DNA from: Epiperipatus broadwayi
Lineage: Eukaryota > Animalia > Onychophora
DNA length: 64,000 bases
Assembly: GCA_028023455.1 (NCBI GenBank)
Contig: JAQFVV010000002.1
Coordinates: 33,170,001 to 33,234,000 of the forward strand
Reading direction: 5' to 3'
Made by a program: the position numbers and the translations under genes. The stretch's first letter is position 1. Each line of letters begins with the position of its first letter. The notes below the pieces were generated by a model, which saw only the letters and a program-made list of their open reading frames with translations, was not told where the DNA came from and made no database searches. Below, piece after piece: positions 48,651 to 61,590 of the stretch.

Positions 48651-51479
48651 ACAGTAGCCATTAGTATATACTTCCACATCTATATTTTATAAAGGTGCAT
48701 TCTAAGAATTAAATTGTCACTCTCGTAAATATATATTGTAATGATATGGATTCTAGGGGATGAACCTGGGGCGATAGGATTCATCATCATCAACTCCAGG
48801 TCAATACATCAAATTTTAAATGCATAAATAATATCATGAGGTAAGAATATGAGGAGCATGAGTCTGAGAGATCAACACCAACACTATAAATAAGTATAAG
48901 TTCAGGATTACCCAAAAGTAATAATCATTAATCGTCATGAATGATCAACATTAAAAATAAATCAACAGTCAATCTGGTGACTGGATTTGAAATGGGCCTA
49001 CTATAAACCAGGATAATTATTTAGCTTTTGCCAGTTTGGGGCAGATTATTTAAATCATAATTTGGATATACTTTAAGTGCTAATCCATAAGAATATGACA
49101 AAAAAATAAATAATGCTGAAAGACTAAAAGATGCTGATCATCATCAATGTTCTGGCCACTTAGTATCTTTAATATATTGGCCAACTATAAATTTAAATTT
49201 CTAATAAATGCTAAACTAAATATAATACAGCATATAATAATTTATATTTTAGAATTAAATAAATTCATTGGAATAACTTTAACAATGAAATATAAATTTA
49301 TTAATAACAATCAAATTAAATTAAGGTCTGCTGATTATGGTTTGCATATAAATTAAGCCCTCTGATTTTCATTAATACCAAAAAGAAATTCACAATTACC
49401 TTGTAATTTACCTATATTTTACAATAGGTTTACATAAAACACTTATGTATCAGCATACAGATCATATTTGAATTGTCATAAACCTATAAATGAAATTCAT
49501 TTTTATAATTACAATGACTGATTTAACGTATATGTATCTACGTGACATTTATCTACATAAGCACACAGACATGCTGTAACATATGGGAACTGTTATATAA
49601 TGATAAAAAATAAGCTATCACATTTTTATGATATATAAATAATGACTGATTTTACAGATATGTGTATGTGCATGGAAATATGTGCACACACTGATGTTTA
49701 TGTCATGATATTTTAATTTGTCAAATAAAATTATTAAAACTATATTTTCACAATTCTATATTCAAAGTATACATAAAATTCACACCTGTGGATATATAAA
49801 AAAGAATATGAATCGATTATTGATTCATTCATTGTCTAATGGTAAACAAAAAAAAAAGTTTTTCTTTTTTTTAAAAAAAAGTAATATTAATTATTTGATG
49901 GTCCTTCATAAAAGTTTTCTTTTTTAAAAAAAATTAATACCACATCTTTGATAGGTTACTCTTAATTAATTATAAATATCTTTGAGTTTTTTTTGTTCCC
50001 TAATCTAATAAGATTTTTAGAATTTACTTTCTTTTTTCAAAATAAAATTATCTATGAATCAATCATTTGTTTTTTAGACTTTTAATTCATGCAAAAATTA
50101 TTTACTTGCTTTTACTTATAGTTGACGAAACTCATTTAGTTTTAAGATTTATTAATTAGAAATTTTAAATCCCATTTCAAGAAATTTAAAATACTATTTT
50201 CAATATGTAAGATACTACTCACCAGCTATATTTTATATATCCCACACATTACCTTTATCTGCATGTAGATAAAACAGTATTATAAATCCTCAGCAAGCTG
50301 ATGGCCTCTCTGGGTTAGCTGGTCCCTACTAAACAGTAAACTGGCTTATTGTCCATTTTTAGGAAAGGTATAATCCAGATAACTGTTAGCCTGCAGTGAG
50401 CTCCGTTCAGTCTCATGCTGTCTAATATATAGATATATGTATATGGGCTATGAATACATAAAAGCTAGGTCTTGCTTCCATGTGAATCCAAACACTACTG
50501 TAGTAAATTAGCAGTAGCTGGACTTGGACTATCTTGTCTTCAGTTATAACTTCATGGTAAAACTTTTAAAAACTTTAATCTTTTTTTCAATCTTTTTATA
50601 GCCAGAAATGGGAGGGAGGGACTTACAGTAATTAAAAATGTTTTTCTATCTTGATAAAAAAAAAAGTTAATGACTTTTTCACTTCAACTTAATTCTTTGA
50701 AAAACAACTCTGTGGAGTTTTATCAATATATGTTATATAAGACTTAATTTAAAAAATTTGCTAATCAAAATAGATAGTGGTATTTTATCATTACCAGTAT
50801 ATCTATTGTAACATGAAAGCATGTTTGTGTTAATTTCAAAATCAGAATTAGCAAAATCTTAATTAGACCTTTTTAAATGCTTAATTTATAATAATTTCTT
50901 TTAAAGTTCAAAATTATTTAATATTTAACTATTATTCCAGTGCAGTATAGAAAATATCTTTAAAATTTTTTTGTCTGTGATTATTTCTATTTTTCCTTTC
51001 AACTTTATCTATATGCACTCACACTACTCTGTTGTATGCCATGAAACAAACATCTCAATATATTATTATAATTTGATTTACAAGTGTCAAACTTTCTGCA
51101 CCCACAACTTTGATTCCACCCACTTCAGATAAATACATTTATGATTATTACTAATTATTTAATTGGCTAGATATTATCTTATCATTTCTAATCGAGCTAT
51201 AAAGTTTAAACATCAGTTAAAGATTAATATATTTGTTTTTAAATAAACTTATATATGAGTAAATGCATCTTGAAGATTGTTTTTTTTTTCCAGATAGCAT
51301 CTATTCATGTGTTGCAAGTATGTAATGGAGAAGCAGAAGTTTTTAAGTATTTCTAAAATAAAATTAATGTATGAAACATCTGCCCAAATGCAGAACCAAT
51401 CTTAATGAAAGGGCAAGCAATTGTCAAAGTCATCATTTGATTAATTTGAATCTTCAGTAATTTAAATTTCACAATCATT

Positions 51480-52500
51480 AATATATTCTATTTAACTAAA
51501 TATAATTTTATATATTATTTGCCAATTATTGATCAAATGGTAGTCTTACCAGAGGAGATCACATTCTCCAGATCTTTTTACATTTTCAAAAACTTGTGGT
51601 TAGTTACCTCTTTGAGATTATCAATCAAAATCTGTCATACTCTTCATAATTCTTTTGCTTCTAAATATTTGCCCAATTTTCTTTTTCTCTTCATAATTTC
51701 CACTTAATCTTTTCTATATTTTTGATCTTATATGTTCCAAATCCCCATCTCTAAATTCTTCAACTTTCTCTAATTTCTTATATTTCTGCTTCAAATAAAA
51801 ACATAATGCAATCAAAATATTTAACAAATGTTTTTTTAGATCTAAATCCAGTGATTCACAAGACAATATCCTACCTTTATTACAATCTTTTTTGGTCACT
51901 ATAAGTCTCATTCTTAACATCACTAACTCTCAAACATTTGGAAAATTCTGACCATATTAATATTTAAAAGAACTAATTGCTATATGATTTCTTGGTATCC
52001 TCAAGTTTACTGTTTTGCGATGTTTTCCTAATCTTTCATTCTACCAGATATCACAAGAGAAGTTGCTGTATAAAAGTTATAAAAAAGCTGTTAAGCGAAT
52101 CAGACTTGCCTATAACTCAAGATATAGTTTACTACCTAAAACTGATTTCAAATCAAGATCTTCCTTTTGGGTGATAAACTAAGAATCTACAATCAAAGAA
52201 TTATGATATAAAAAATGGAATTCTTAAGATGTTCCAAACAAATTTCCAGATTCAATAATAAAATCAGCTGGATTTAATCTTCCTAGTGAAATTTGATTCC
52301 CATCAAGGTTTAGAACAACCCATATTGTGCTCGTCTTCTTCATAATTGGCATTTAGCAGCCACTGATTTATGTGAATGTGTACAAACTTGATCTATGAAC
52401 CACATAGTTGAGGACTGCTGAATCAATTGATACAGTGGCAAAATTCAAGGACTTAATAAAGACATTGGTAATTCTATCTCAGTTGGAATTTCTACAGGTT
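51480..52500 (-). mobile_element. Decayed L1/Tx1-like RT fragment
   Basis: Minus: NY.PMSLL... and WKFVWNILR-like segments reminiscent of RT domains; heavily mutated. Confidence 0.3.
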
Positions 52501-52580
52501 TCTTTATAATACTTTGTTAATCATTAAGCTCTCGAAAAACACTAAATAGTAATACCGTATTAGTTTGAATTTAAGCTGCA

Positions 52581-52821
52581 GTAGGATTTTAAAATTGGAC
52601 AAAAATATTAAAACGATTTTATAATAGGTGTAGAAAAATAATAAACATTTTTATTTACTTAAATCGAAGTTAAAAGAAAAGTGTGAACAGGGAACTCCCG
52701 AATAAACTGCGATATGCGCATAGTAGGATTTTAAAATTGGGAAAAATATAAAAATGATTTTATAATAGGTATTTAAAAATAATAAACATTTTTATTTACT
52801 TAAATAGGAATTAAAAGAAAA
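52581..52821 (+). repeat. Tandem duplication of an about 100-bp unit
   Basis: gtaggattttaaaattgg...gattttataatagg...aataataaacatttttatttacttaaat at about 52581 and about 52723. Confidence 0.8.
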
Positions 52822-53420
52822 CTACTATCAACAATTGGAATACTATGCGCAGAGCGTAGTGCAAATGCACGATCATTGGAGAGTCGGCGGAAATAAGATA
52901 TTAAAATTTTCGCTTTGAATTTAAACTACAGCCCACTTTTATGTCTTCAAAATTTAAATAAAAAGTATGGCTTAAATCACTATGGGTAATAATAATAATA
53001 ATGCTTATTCAATTTTTTCATTGCTTTTTTTTTTTTTTGTTCTATTTGCATTTATTGCCTTCTCAAACATTGTAAATCTATCAGTCCTACGTAATAGTTT
53101 ATTGAGATCGCTCCCATTGTTTGAAAGAAATATCATCATCAGCAAATCTGATCGAATTAATTTTCTTACTGCCAATGCTAATTCAATCTTATTCATTTAA
53201 CAACTCATCTAAGGGTATATTGAATAAAACAGGAAATAGACAACAAAACTTGCCTTATATCTCTTCCTATATCTCTCTCTCTTCCATAATAAGACCATTT
53301 AATTTTACATATAGTTTCAATTCATATACAAGTTTTTCATTTAATAAACATTTCCAAAATTATATTTTCTTTTTAAATATCCTCAACAAAGTAATGCAAT
53401 TGTTTTATCAAATAAATATA

Positions 53421-53800
53421 AGGGATTTGAACTCAAACTTTTCAAGCAACTTGCAACTATTCACACTCTCTCAAACTACTGATACGCATGACCACACATG
53501 TAGAAAAGACAAATAATCACCAATAAACGTATTTTGTGCAGAACCAGTACTCATCAGTTAGTCCAGATGATCATCTCTCGCACATATATATAATCAGTGC
53601 TCAGTTTATATTAAGATAGCAAATCTTCATACTTTAATGGACAGGCTTCAATCTACTTCAACCTCCAATTCTTCAGCCATCCATACCATTGAAAATCTGA
53701 TGATAGAATATCTAAATCCCATACTGATGCCAGTATTGTTGTTATGGCCATGTTGACCTCAAGTCACTCTGACCCCTCATGTATAGGACAGTATCCATTT
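53421..53800 (-). mobile_element. Family B element (HHR at about 53518-53562, G12 mutated)
   Basis: Reverse-complement match to 56700-57066 along about 370 bp. Confidence 0.82.
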
Positions 53801-53969
53801 AAGTACATAGAAGAAAGATGGGCAGAATGCAGGCTTAATGTGTAAGATTTGAAATACAGGCATTCTTATACCTGAAACATCAAATAAAGTGAATGAAACG
53901 AGTATCCACCTCTTATTATTCTCACCACTTCAGTCACATCTATTTAAGGATTGTGAAAACATCTATTTG

Positions 53970-54758
53970 CAGAGGCGGATCAAGCCAAGTGGAGGCCCCA
54001 AGCGATAAAAATTTCGGGACCCTCAAATTCAAGTTAGAAAAAAAATTTCCAAGAAAACTCTCATTAAATTAACAAAAAAGAAAGGGAGTCAAAAATTTCA
54101 TATCATAACACATTAAACTTGTTTTTCTTTCTCTTCTTTAGAAGTTTCGAAGTAGGCAATTCAGGATTATCTGATGTAGTTGTTGATGGCAACTCTGCAT
54201 TAACTTTTAAAAATTTATGCAATGAATTTCTGTGGCTTTCAGCAATTTTCAGGGGGTTTTTTTTTTGCTTTTCTGCCCCACTTTGATGTTGATTCATTTT
54301 TTTGCTGTGAAGAAATTTTTTTTTTTTTGTAAAATAGTTTAAACACTTTTAACCTCACAAACAATGCCTATTAAAAATACTTTTTTTAAATGATAATGTT
54401 GTTAAGATGTTAACAAAGAAAATTCATTTTTACTTGTCTCCAATCAAAATATAATTGAGAAAAAACCCTCCAGAGATAAATAAGCTGCATAAAAACAGCA
54501 AAATTTATTTACGATAATTTTTCAAAAGCAGAGTATTTAAATCAAATTATTATTTTGGGAGGGGTCGAATTTTTTATGTAATTAAAATATATATATATAT
54601 TTTACTTAATTTTGGCCTATTTATGTTATATTAATTTTATTCCCTGATGTCCAGTTAAAAAAACAAGAACAATTTTCCTCGAATCCTAATGAAGACATTT
54701 TAAGACCTTGGGGCCCCTTAGATTCCGAGGCCCTACGCAGACGCTTAATCCGCCTCTG
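53970..54758 (-). mobile_element. Non-autonomous hAT (Tip100-like) element
   Basis: TIRs cagaggcggat / atccgcctctg; 8-bp TSD tctatttg; minus ORF MNQHQSGAEKQK resembles a transposase N-terminus. Confidence 0.88.
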
Positions 54759-55574
54759 TCTATTTGATATCTATTTAATCAAAAGTCACAAAAACATATT
54801 GGATGCAAAGGAGATTTAAGCTCCATGTTTCAATGAATTAGATCTTTTTTGTGTGTGAAATCATAATTGTCGCATAGAATTGTTTAATGATATTTCTTAT
54901 TTTAACTTTATGTTTGAAATGTAGATAAAGTAAACTAATTTAAAAAACCATTCATTTTTAAATTCTATAAAATGTTTGTGTATAATTTTTTTTAAATATT
55001 TATTTCTGTAAAGGAATATTTGGTGCTATGAGCACAAGTTTTTAAATGTGTTTTCTTAATCTTTAGTCTTCTTGATATTTTAAAACTATTGACTCTTTAA
55101 TTATTTTTAATAAATATATTTTAGTCTTAAACTTGCTAATTTCACCTAGAAGTAATATATACATATAGATTCAAATTATATTCTTATCTCTATGCATCTT
55201 TTGCTTTAACTTTCAAAAACTAGGTATTAATGCAATAGTCTCTAGAATCAAAGCAATCCATATTCCCGATGAAACATAAATCCACTTTCTCTTGGCATCC
55301 GTGATCTTATATGAATTATAGTTTAACTAATAATATTTCTTATGACATATATATATGTTGTTTAATTGATAAAGACAGCCATTGCAAATTATTAAGTTTA
55401 ATTTATACATTCATGCCAAAAAGCAAGAACATAGTTTCTATCTCTTATAAAATTCTAAAAAAGAAATGTTTTGGCCATAGAAGATTTTTATTATGATTCT
55501 AACAGCTAAAGAATAATCCTCATAAATATCACCAAATTCACTACTTCCTTTACTTTGCTGTAATATAAATATAT

Positions 55575-55722
55575 GGGGGGGGGGTTTGAACTCGGACTTT
55601 CACATGACCCTCAACTATCCACGCTATCTCATATTGCTGATACCCTCGATCACATACATGTCGAAAAGATAAATAATCACCAATATTCGTATTTCGTGCT
55701 AAACTAACCCTCATCAGTTGTG
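55575..55722 (-). mobile_element. Family B fragment with HHR (55678-55722) and B-box
   Basis: Minus: caa CTGATGA gggttagtttagcac GAAA T acga A TA ttggtg...gatagcgtggatag...gagttcaaacc. Confidence 0.78.
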
Positions 55723-56699
55723 TAAAGTAGAGTGGATAAATTGCTTATGAATATCATTGAAAATTGAGAAATAAATCATTCGAAGTATATCAGTTAGTGA
55801 TGAAAATATATTTAGAAATGATTGGTTTAATATTTAAATTATTTTAGTTTTATCAGAGGTGAAAAGGTATTTTTGATCTACATTAATTTTAAAATCGTGC
55901 TCATGTCAAAAATGAATAATATTTAACAGTAGGGTCATATCCGAATTAAAATTTCACTGTGCTTGATTAATCTTACTTATAAAAGTTGATAAATTATTTT
56001 TTTCTCTTACATCTTTGTTTTTAATTTAATCTCTACATTTTTAATGCCACGTGACATAAAATTTTGAAGAATCATTGGCTGTATAGTATTTTTAAAATGA
56101 TCCTGCAAAAATGTTTATTTATATATGAGTTAGTTTTGGGGTCAGGCAAGTAAGTCTTGATGCAAATTCAGTTTATAAACCAGTGCTAAGGGGAATATAA
56201 AATCGTCTTAATTTGAATTCCAACTATGAAAGATGCTAAGCCCAATATTGACAAACCTTATAGAATAAAATCTAGTAATGGTAACGATAGGTTCATCCCC
56301 TGTAATATTATATAATACCATCAGCCTCAAATCCATATTCTATTAATCTTTTTATTTATCTATTTCCTAGCTAAGTTAGATATCAATTTACCTAATATTA
56401 TTGGATGACTGGATCATCTATCTACCTGAGAAAGTTCTATTCCATTTAATATTTTTTTAACAATTGTATGTCTTCTCTAAGCACAGTTTATTCTAACATA
56501 AATATTTAGAATTATTCATTCTGGATAAATAGAAAAGTAAAAGAAACTAACTTTGTGCCTATATTTTGAAAGAGGTCTTTATTAAAAATTGCTCTAATAC
56601 AAAAGATGGAATAAACAAAATTATACTCATATTAGGCTTCAGGTAGAAGAGTGCCTGGTATTTCAAATCTTACATATTAAGCCTATATTCTGTCCATCC

Positions 56700-57066
56700 C
56701 TCTTCTATGTATTTAAATGGAGGGGTCAGAGTGACTTGAGGTCAACATGGGCATGATAATATTGACATCAGCATGGGATTTGGGAATTCTATCATCATAT
56801 TTTCAATGGTATGGATGGCTGAAGAGTTGGAGTGGATTGAAGGCTGTCCGTTAAAGTGTAAGGATTTGCTATCTTAATATAAACTGAGCACTGATTATAT
56901 ATATATATGGGAGATGGCAGTCTGGACCAACTGATGAGTGCTGCTTTAGCATGAAATACCTATATTAATGATTATTTATCTGTTCTGCATGTGTGTGGTC
57001 ATGTGTATCAGTAGTATGAGATAGTGTGGATAGTGAAGGGGCTTGAAAGTCTGGGTTCAAATTCCC
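56700..57066 (+). mobile_element. Family B element (HHR 56925-56970, B-box at about 57052-57064)
   Basis: accaa CTGATGA GTGCT gcttt AGCAT GAAA T acct A TA ttaatg...gggttcaaattccc. Confidence 0.82.
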
Positions 57067-57634
57067 TATATTTAAAATTATACTTTGAATTTTCAACAAG
57101 TAAATCACTACCTATGTTATTGGCAATTAGAAACTCACAATCTGATGATGATAGGTAATTAATTAAAAAAGCACTTAATAAAAATGTTATTAAGAAAATC
57201 TATTTTCAATTCCCATTTGTATATATGGTTATGCATCTTATCTTTATTGTATATATTTGTGCAATTATTATTTTAAATGTTTGGGCTTGAAACTTAATTA
57301 GAAACTCAAAATGCTAATAGAATAGGAAGTGTTAATATAATTTAGATTAGTCAAAATATATATCTGTAAGAATAGCTTTCTCATCTTGGATTGGTGCCTA
57401 TTTGAAATAGGCAAGACAGAATTGGATTACAGAGGATGATATTCTGAAATTAGTTGCAGCAAACTTGCAAATGAAATGGTACCCAGTTTGATCCTTATCA
57501 TTATTTCATGGTAGGATTAATATTGCAAAATAAAATAAAATGTAACGTCCTCATTTGGCAAACATTTTTCTTCCAGTTACAATATATATGCAATAAATAT
57601 TTATTTATACAATAAATCACAATTATTATATTTG

Positions 57635-59356
57635 TTAAATATGATTAAATTTAATTAATAAAAGATCTTGTAAAAATTTTGGTAATAGTCTCATATTATC
57701 AGGAAGAATCGTAGAATTTGCATTGGAAAATGTCCTCTGTATGGGAGTCATAGTTGCAGGAATACTTAATAAACGTCTTGCTAATTTGCAAAGAATTGGC
57801 AAATCTTGGATCTTTGAAGCCCAGTACTGTAAAGGACTGGTCTCCATTTCGAGTCTAGGCTCTTTTAAATAAAATTCTATTTCTTGATCTAAGGAAGAAG
57901 GTTTAAAGGGTATGGGAGTATCTTTGATGAAAGAAAAAAGTCTTTTCTTTTTGGGGGGTGAACTAGAGCTTAAAGACATAACTTTATTAGAATCGGTGGA
58001 ATTTGGCTTAATTTCCTGGGGTAGAAAGTTGCAAACCGCTGCAAAATGCTGCACAGAATTTTTAATGAACAGTATTTTGTCCTCAGAACACCAGGATATT
58101 TTAAAACGTGGATCAACAACAGCAGCAGTTATGAATAGCGGATCATTATGCAAATAGCCAAATTTTTCTTCAAGCATTTTTCTTAGCAAAATATTCATAG
58201 AAGTTAAATATATCAAACTTTCTTGCTGAAGAACAAAATTGAGACCAACCAGTGTTGGCAGAATAAGGCTAATAGGAACATGTGAATCGCTCTCCATGTT
58301 ATCGATTGCTTCTTCAAACGGTTCTAAAATACTTAACATTTCACGAAGAATGGTCCAGTCATAATTGTTCAATTTATGGCCGACCTCATCCAGTCCTTCG
58401 AAACTCAGCGTGGAAAACTGCTTTAGAAATTTTAACTGCGCATTCCATTCTTCTCTTATTTCACTAATTTTTAATTTGGTGCACAGGTTTTGAGCCGTTT
58501 CTGATGATGGGACCATTTTCTGAAGTAAATGAATAGCACTTAATACCTTTGACAGAACATTGCCAATAGCGGGCGTTTCTTCAAGTGTACTCCGAATCAA
58601 CGTTTGAAGAACCTGTGAAAAACAGATTATTTTTTTAGGCCATTGAACAGTATCTAACATTTTATGAATTGATGCTGCATCTTTACTTGCTTTCACTATA
58701 TTTTCGGCACAATTGTAGTTTAAGGATGTTAACTGCGGTAAAGAAAAAATTCGTTTGGCAGATAAAAAACTGCTAACAATGACACTGCTTATTTTTTCTT
58801 TAATTTTGAATTTGTCCGATACTTCTTCAAAATGTTTAAGCAAATTTTCCATAGTAATCACTTCTTCCATCACTCGACACGTTAACAAATGCAAATTAAT
58901 CTTCCAATCCGAAGTTGGATGGTGAGCTGCAATACATAACAATGGTTTACAATTGTCTGAAATGAAAATTTCTATAGTAAGAGAAACACATTCCGTTTGA
59001 TTTAATGCTAGCCGAATTGCATCTTCTATTCGTATTATAGTATTTGGTAACCAAGAATTACAAAATTCTTCTGAAGTGAGAATTTCGTATCTAGGTTCAA
59101 ATGTAGACAAAAGTTCATGAAAGGCTTTACTTTCCAAAGTCCACAATGGTCGCAAGTCTTGAACAACATGATTAATAATAGCAGTTGAAATAGCTTTTTG
59201 CCTAGGATGATCTGGATAGAATTTGGTATTAGGGTCATCAAAAGATGCTGGTGGTACTGAAACAGAATTATTACTCCGTCTTATCCGTGAAACTGTCGTA
59301 TTGCCATCTACTTTTCTTTCATTGTCATATTCTTCGAACTCAGTTTGATGTCTTCT
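57635..59356 (-). CDS. Last exon of a domesticated hAT-transposase-derived (ZBED-like) protein
   Basis: Frame is open from acceptor tttttttag|AGA AGA CAT (59356, phase 0) to TAA at 57635 (574 codons including stop). Begins RRHQTEF (BED-finger end); hAT motifs DLRP, LEPFEEA, AAVVDPRFK; dimerisation domain PLQYW...LARRLLSIPAT..IQRTFS. Confidence 0.88.
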   Translation of the reverse strand, partial: RRHQTEFEEYDNERKVDGNTTVSRIRRSNNSVSVPPASFDDPNTKFYPDHPRQKAISTAIINHVVQDLRPLWTLESKAFHELLSTFEPRYEILTSEEFCNSWLPNTIIRIEDAIRLALNQTECVSLTIEIFISDNCKPLLCIAAHHPTSDWKINLHLLTCRVMEEVITMENLLKHFEEVSDKFKIKEKISSVIVSSFLSAKRIFSLPQLTSLNYNCAENIVKASKDAASIHKMLDTVQWPKKIICFSQVLQTLIRSTLEETPAIGNVLSKVLSAIHLLQKMVPSSETAQNLCTKLKISEIREEWNAQLKFLKQFSTLSFEGLDEVGHKLNNYDWTILREMLSILEPFEEAIDNMESDSHVPISLILPTLVGLNFVLQQESLIYLTSMNILLRKMLEEKFGYLHNDPLFITAAVVDPRFKISWCSEDKILFIKNSVQHFAAVCNFLPQEIKPNSTDSNKVMSLSSSSPPKKKRLFSFIKDTPIPFKPSSLDQEIEFYLKEPRLEMETSPLQYWASKIQDLPILCKLARRLLSIPATMTPIQRTFSNANSTILPDNMRLLPKFLQDLLLIKFNHI

Positions 59357-59827
59357 CTAAAAAAAAGATTAAAAAAATGCACACATATAGTCAATGTTAC
59401 AACTTTTTATAAAGGATACAGTTCAATTGCAAATTTACAAGGGAAAAAGCAAAAATAAGATGCAATGTATTTTATAAATCAAAAAGCAGTATTACGTTTA
59501 TACTGAATCACTAATTATATTAGTTGTTTTAAGTGTAATGAGATTTGAAAATATAATTTATATTTATATATATGAATTAACACAATATGTGTTAAAATAC
59601 AAAGATAATTCTTAGGATTGTTTTACAAAAGTAAAAAAAAAGACTCACATCAATTATTATAGGATAAATGACCTGTGAAGAGATACACAGTTCAATATCA
59701 AGATTTATAAGGTTAGAATCATATTAATAATAAGTGAAGTATTGAATAGTTTCACGCTCTTAGATCTAACCGCTTCAGCTTCACCTATTCATATAGAAAG
59801 TAGGTTGAAGTAAAGAAGGGTTCCCCT

Positions 59828-60878
59828 CTTTTCTTCCAAAGCGTAAGCTTGTGGTTAAGACCTGTAGAGGTCCCTACCTTCGCATTTTCACGTACATATT
59901 CTTGAGGTTTACAGCCTTAGTAAATATTATTAATAATTAAAATAAGTACAAAGATGGTCCATAGAAGAAGTCAATGAGTATACAAATTAATAACATGTAT
60001 ACATTAAAATATGTAACAATCTCTTCTTCAAATACTTTTCTTCCAAAGCGTAAGCTTGTGGTTAAGACCTGTAGAGGTCCCTACCTTCGCATTTTCACGT
60101 ACATATTCTTGAGGTTTACAGCCTTAGTAAATATTATTAATAATTAAAATAAGTACAAAGATGGTCCATAGAAGAAGTCAACGAGTATACAAATTAATAA
60201 CATGTATACATTAAAATTAAAGATTGATTATGAAGAATTAGAAGAAGTTAACAGTTACAAATACCTTGGTCAGATTATTAATACAGATGGAAACATAATG
60301 GAGGAAATTAATCATAGAATTAAACTTGGTTGGAATGCTTTTGGTAGAAATAACTTGATACTAAAAGGAAATATGCCTATGTGTTTGAAAAGGATGTTTT
60401 TTAACAAATATGTTTTACCAGTTCTTACTTATGGATCTGAGACTTGGACACTTAATAGAAGAGCAATACAGAGACTTCAGACAACTCAAAGGAGTATGGA
60501 GAGATGTATGTTGGGAGTAACAAGAAGAGATCGAAAACGCAATGTATGGGTAAGACAACAAACAGGTGTTACTGACCTTATTGAAAAAATTAAAAGATTG
60601 AAATGGAGTTGGGCTGGACATATTGCTAGAAGAGATGATAATAGATGGACAATTGAAATTTTAAACTGGATTCCAAGAGATTGTAAAAGATCCAGAAAGA
60701 GACCACATGTGAGATGGATGGATGAAATAAGAAAATGTGCAGGGGTGTTGTGGAGAAGAGAAGCTAAAGATCGGAGAAGATGGATTAAACTTGGAGAGAC
60801 CTTCATCCTGCAGTGGATTGATAATGGTTGATGATGATACATTAAAATATGTAACAAACTCTTCTTCAAATACTTCAC
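59828..60878 (+). repeat. Recent 207-bp tandem duplication whose second unit is split by the RTE insertion
   Basis: cttttcttccaaagcgtaagc at 59828 and 60035; unit tail atgtaacaa.ctcttcttcaaatactt resumes at 60849. Confidence 0.88.
60218..60836 (+). mobile_element. 5'-truncated RTE-clade LINE, young
   Basis: Uninterrupted RT C-terminus YKYLGQII...YVLPVLTYGSETW...KWSWAGHIARR...RWMDEIRK; (gat)n tail; 12-bp TSD atacattaaaat (60206-60217 and 60837-60848). Confidence 0.95.
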
Positions 60879-61310
60879 GCTAATTTGATTCAGCATATTT
60901 CATTAAATAAATCACCCAAATTTATATAAAACCTTCATTTATTCCTGAATCTAATGTTTCAGTTATTAAAAACTATAAAAATGCTGAAGTATATAAACTA
61001 TAAGTGTAAAATAATAATACATATAAAAATATATGCACAAATATATAAATTAAGTTTCACAAGAAAGATTACAGAAATACTAAATTCTACTACATTAAAC
61101 ATCACATCATGGATTACAATATTAATTTACTTCAGCTGACTGAAAACATAAAAGTTTGACTTTCAATGCAATATTCAAAGCTGACAGATTTCAAAGCTTA
61201 AATATTCAGTTTGATGTTATTACAGTAAATAATTTTAAGATAGAGTTAAATCAATTACAAATTATTATACTGTATTAAATATTAATTATCTAACAGTAAC
61301 TAATCTACTA

Positions 61311-61590
61311 TTTTAACTCGATGTAAACATGTTCGCCGTGTCTATTTATCCACAAATAATCTGCTTAGCATGCTATCCCTTTGTCGAAAAAATGGAGTAG
61401 GTAAATTAAATCATTTACATTTTCACAGGAAGTAATTAAATATCACCCTGGTATAACTGATATCACTTGTTATAATTTTAAATTGGTGTGGATATTTGAT
61501 AGTTGAAAGAATGCTAAGCATATTATTTGTGGATAAAATATAATATTTTCTTACTAGACATGGCAAATGTGTAAACATTGAGCTGAAAGA
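61311..61590. mobile_element. MITE-like inverted-repeat element
   Basis: aactcgatgtaaacatgttcgccgtgtcta...tttatccacaaataatctgcttagcat mirrored by atgctaagcatattatttgtggataaa...tagacatggcaaatgtgtaaacattgagct. Confidence 0.6.

Noticed and set aside
60486-60896. Minus-strand 136-aa ORF and other shadow ORFs (60415, 57912, 58282, 1383, 21128, 16692)
   Set aside because: Antisense shadows of RTE, hAT, Penelope or mariner coding frames.
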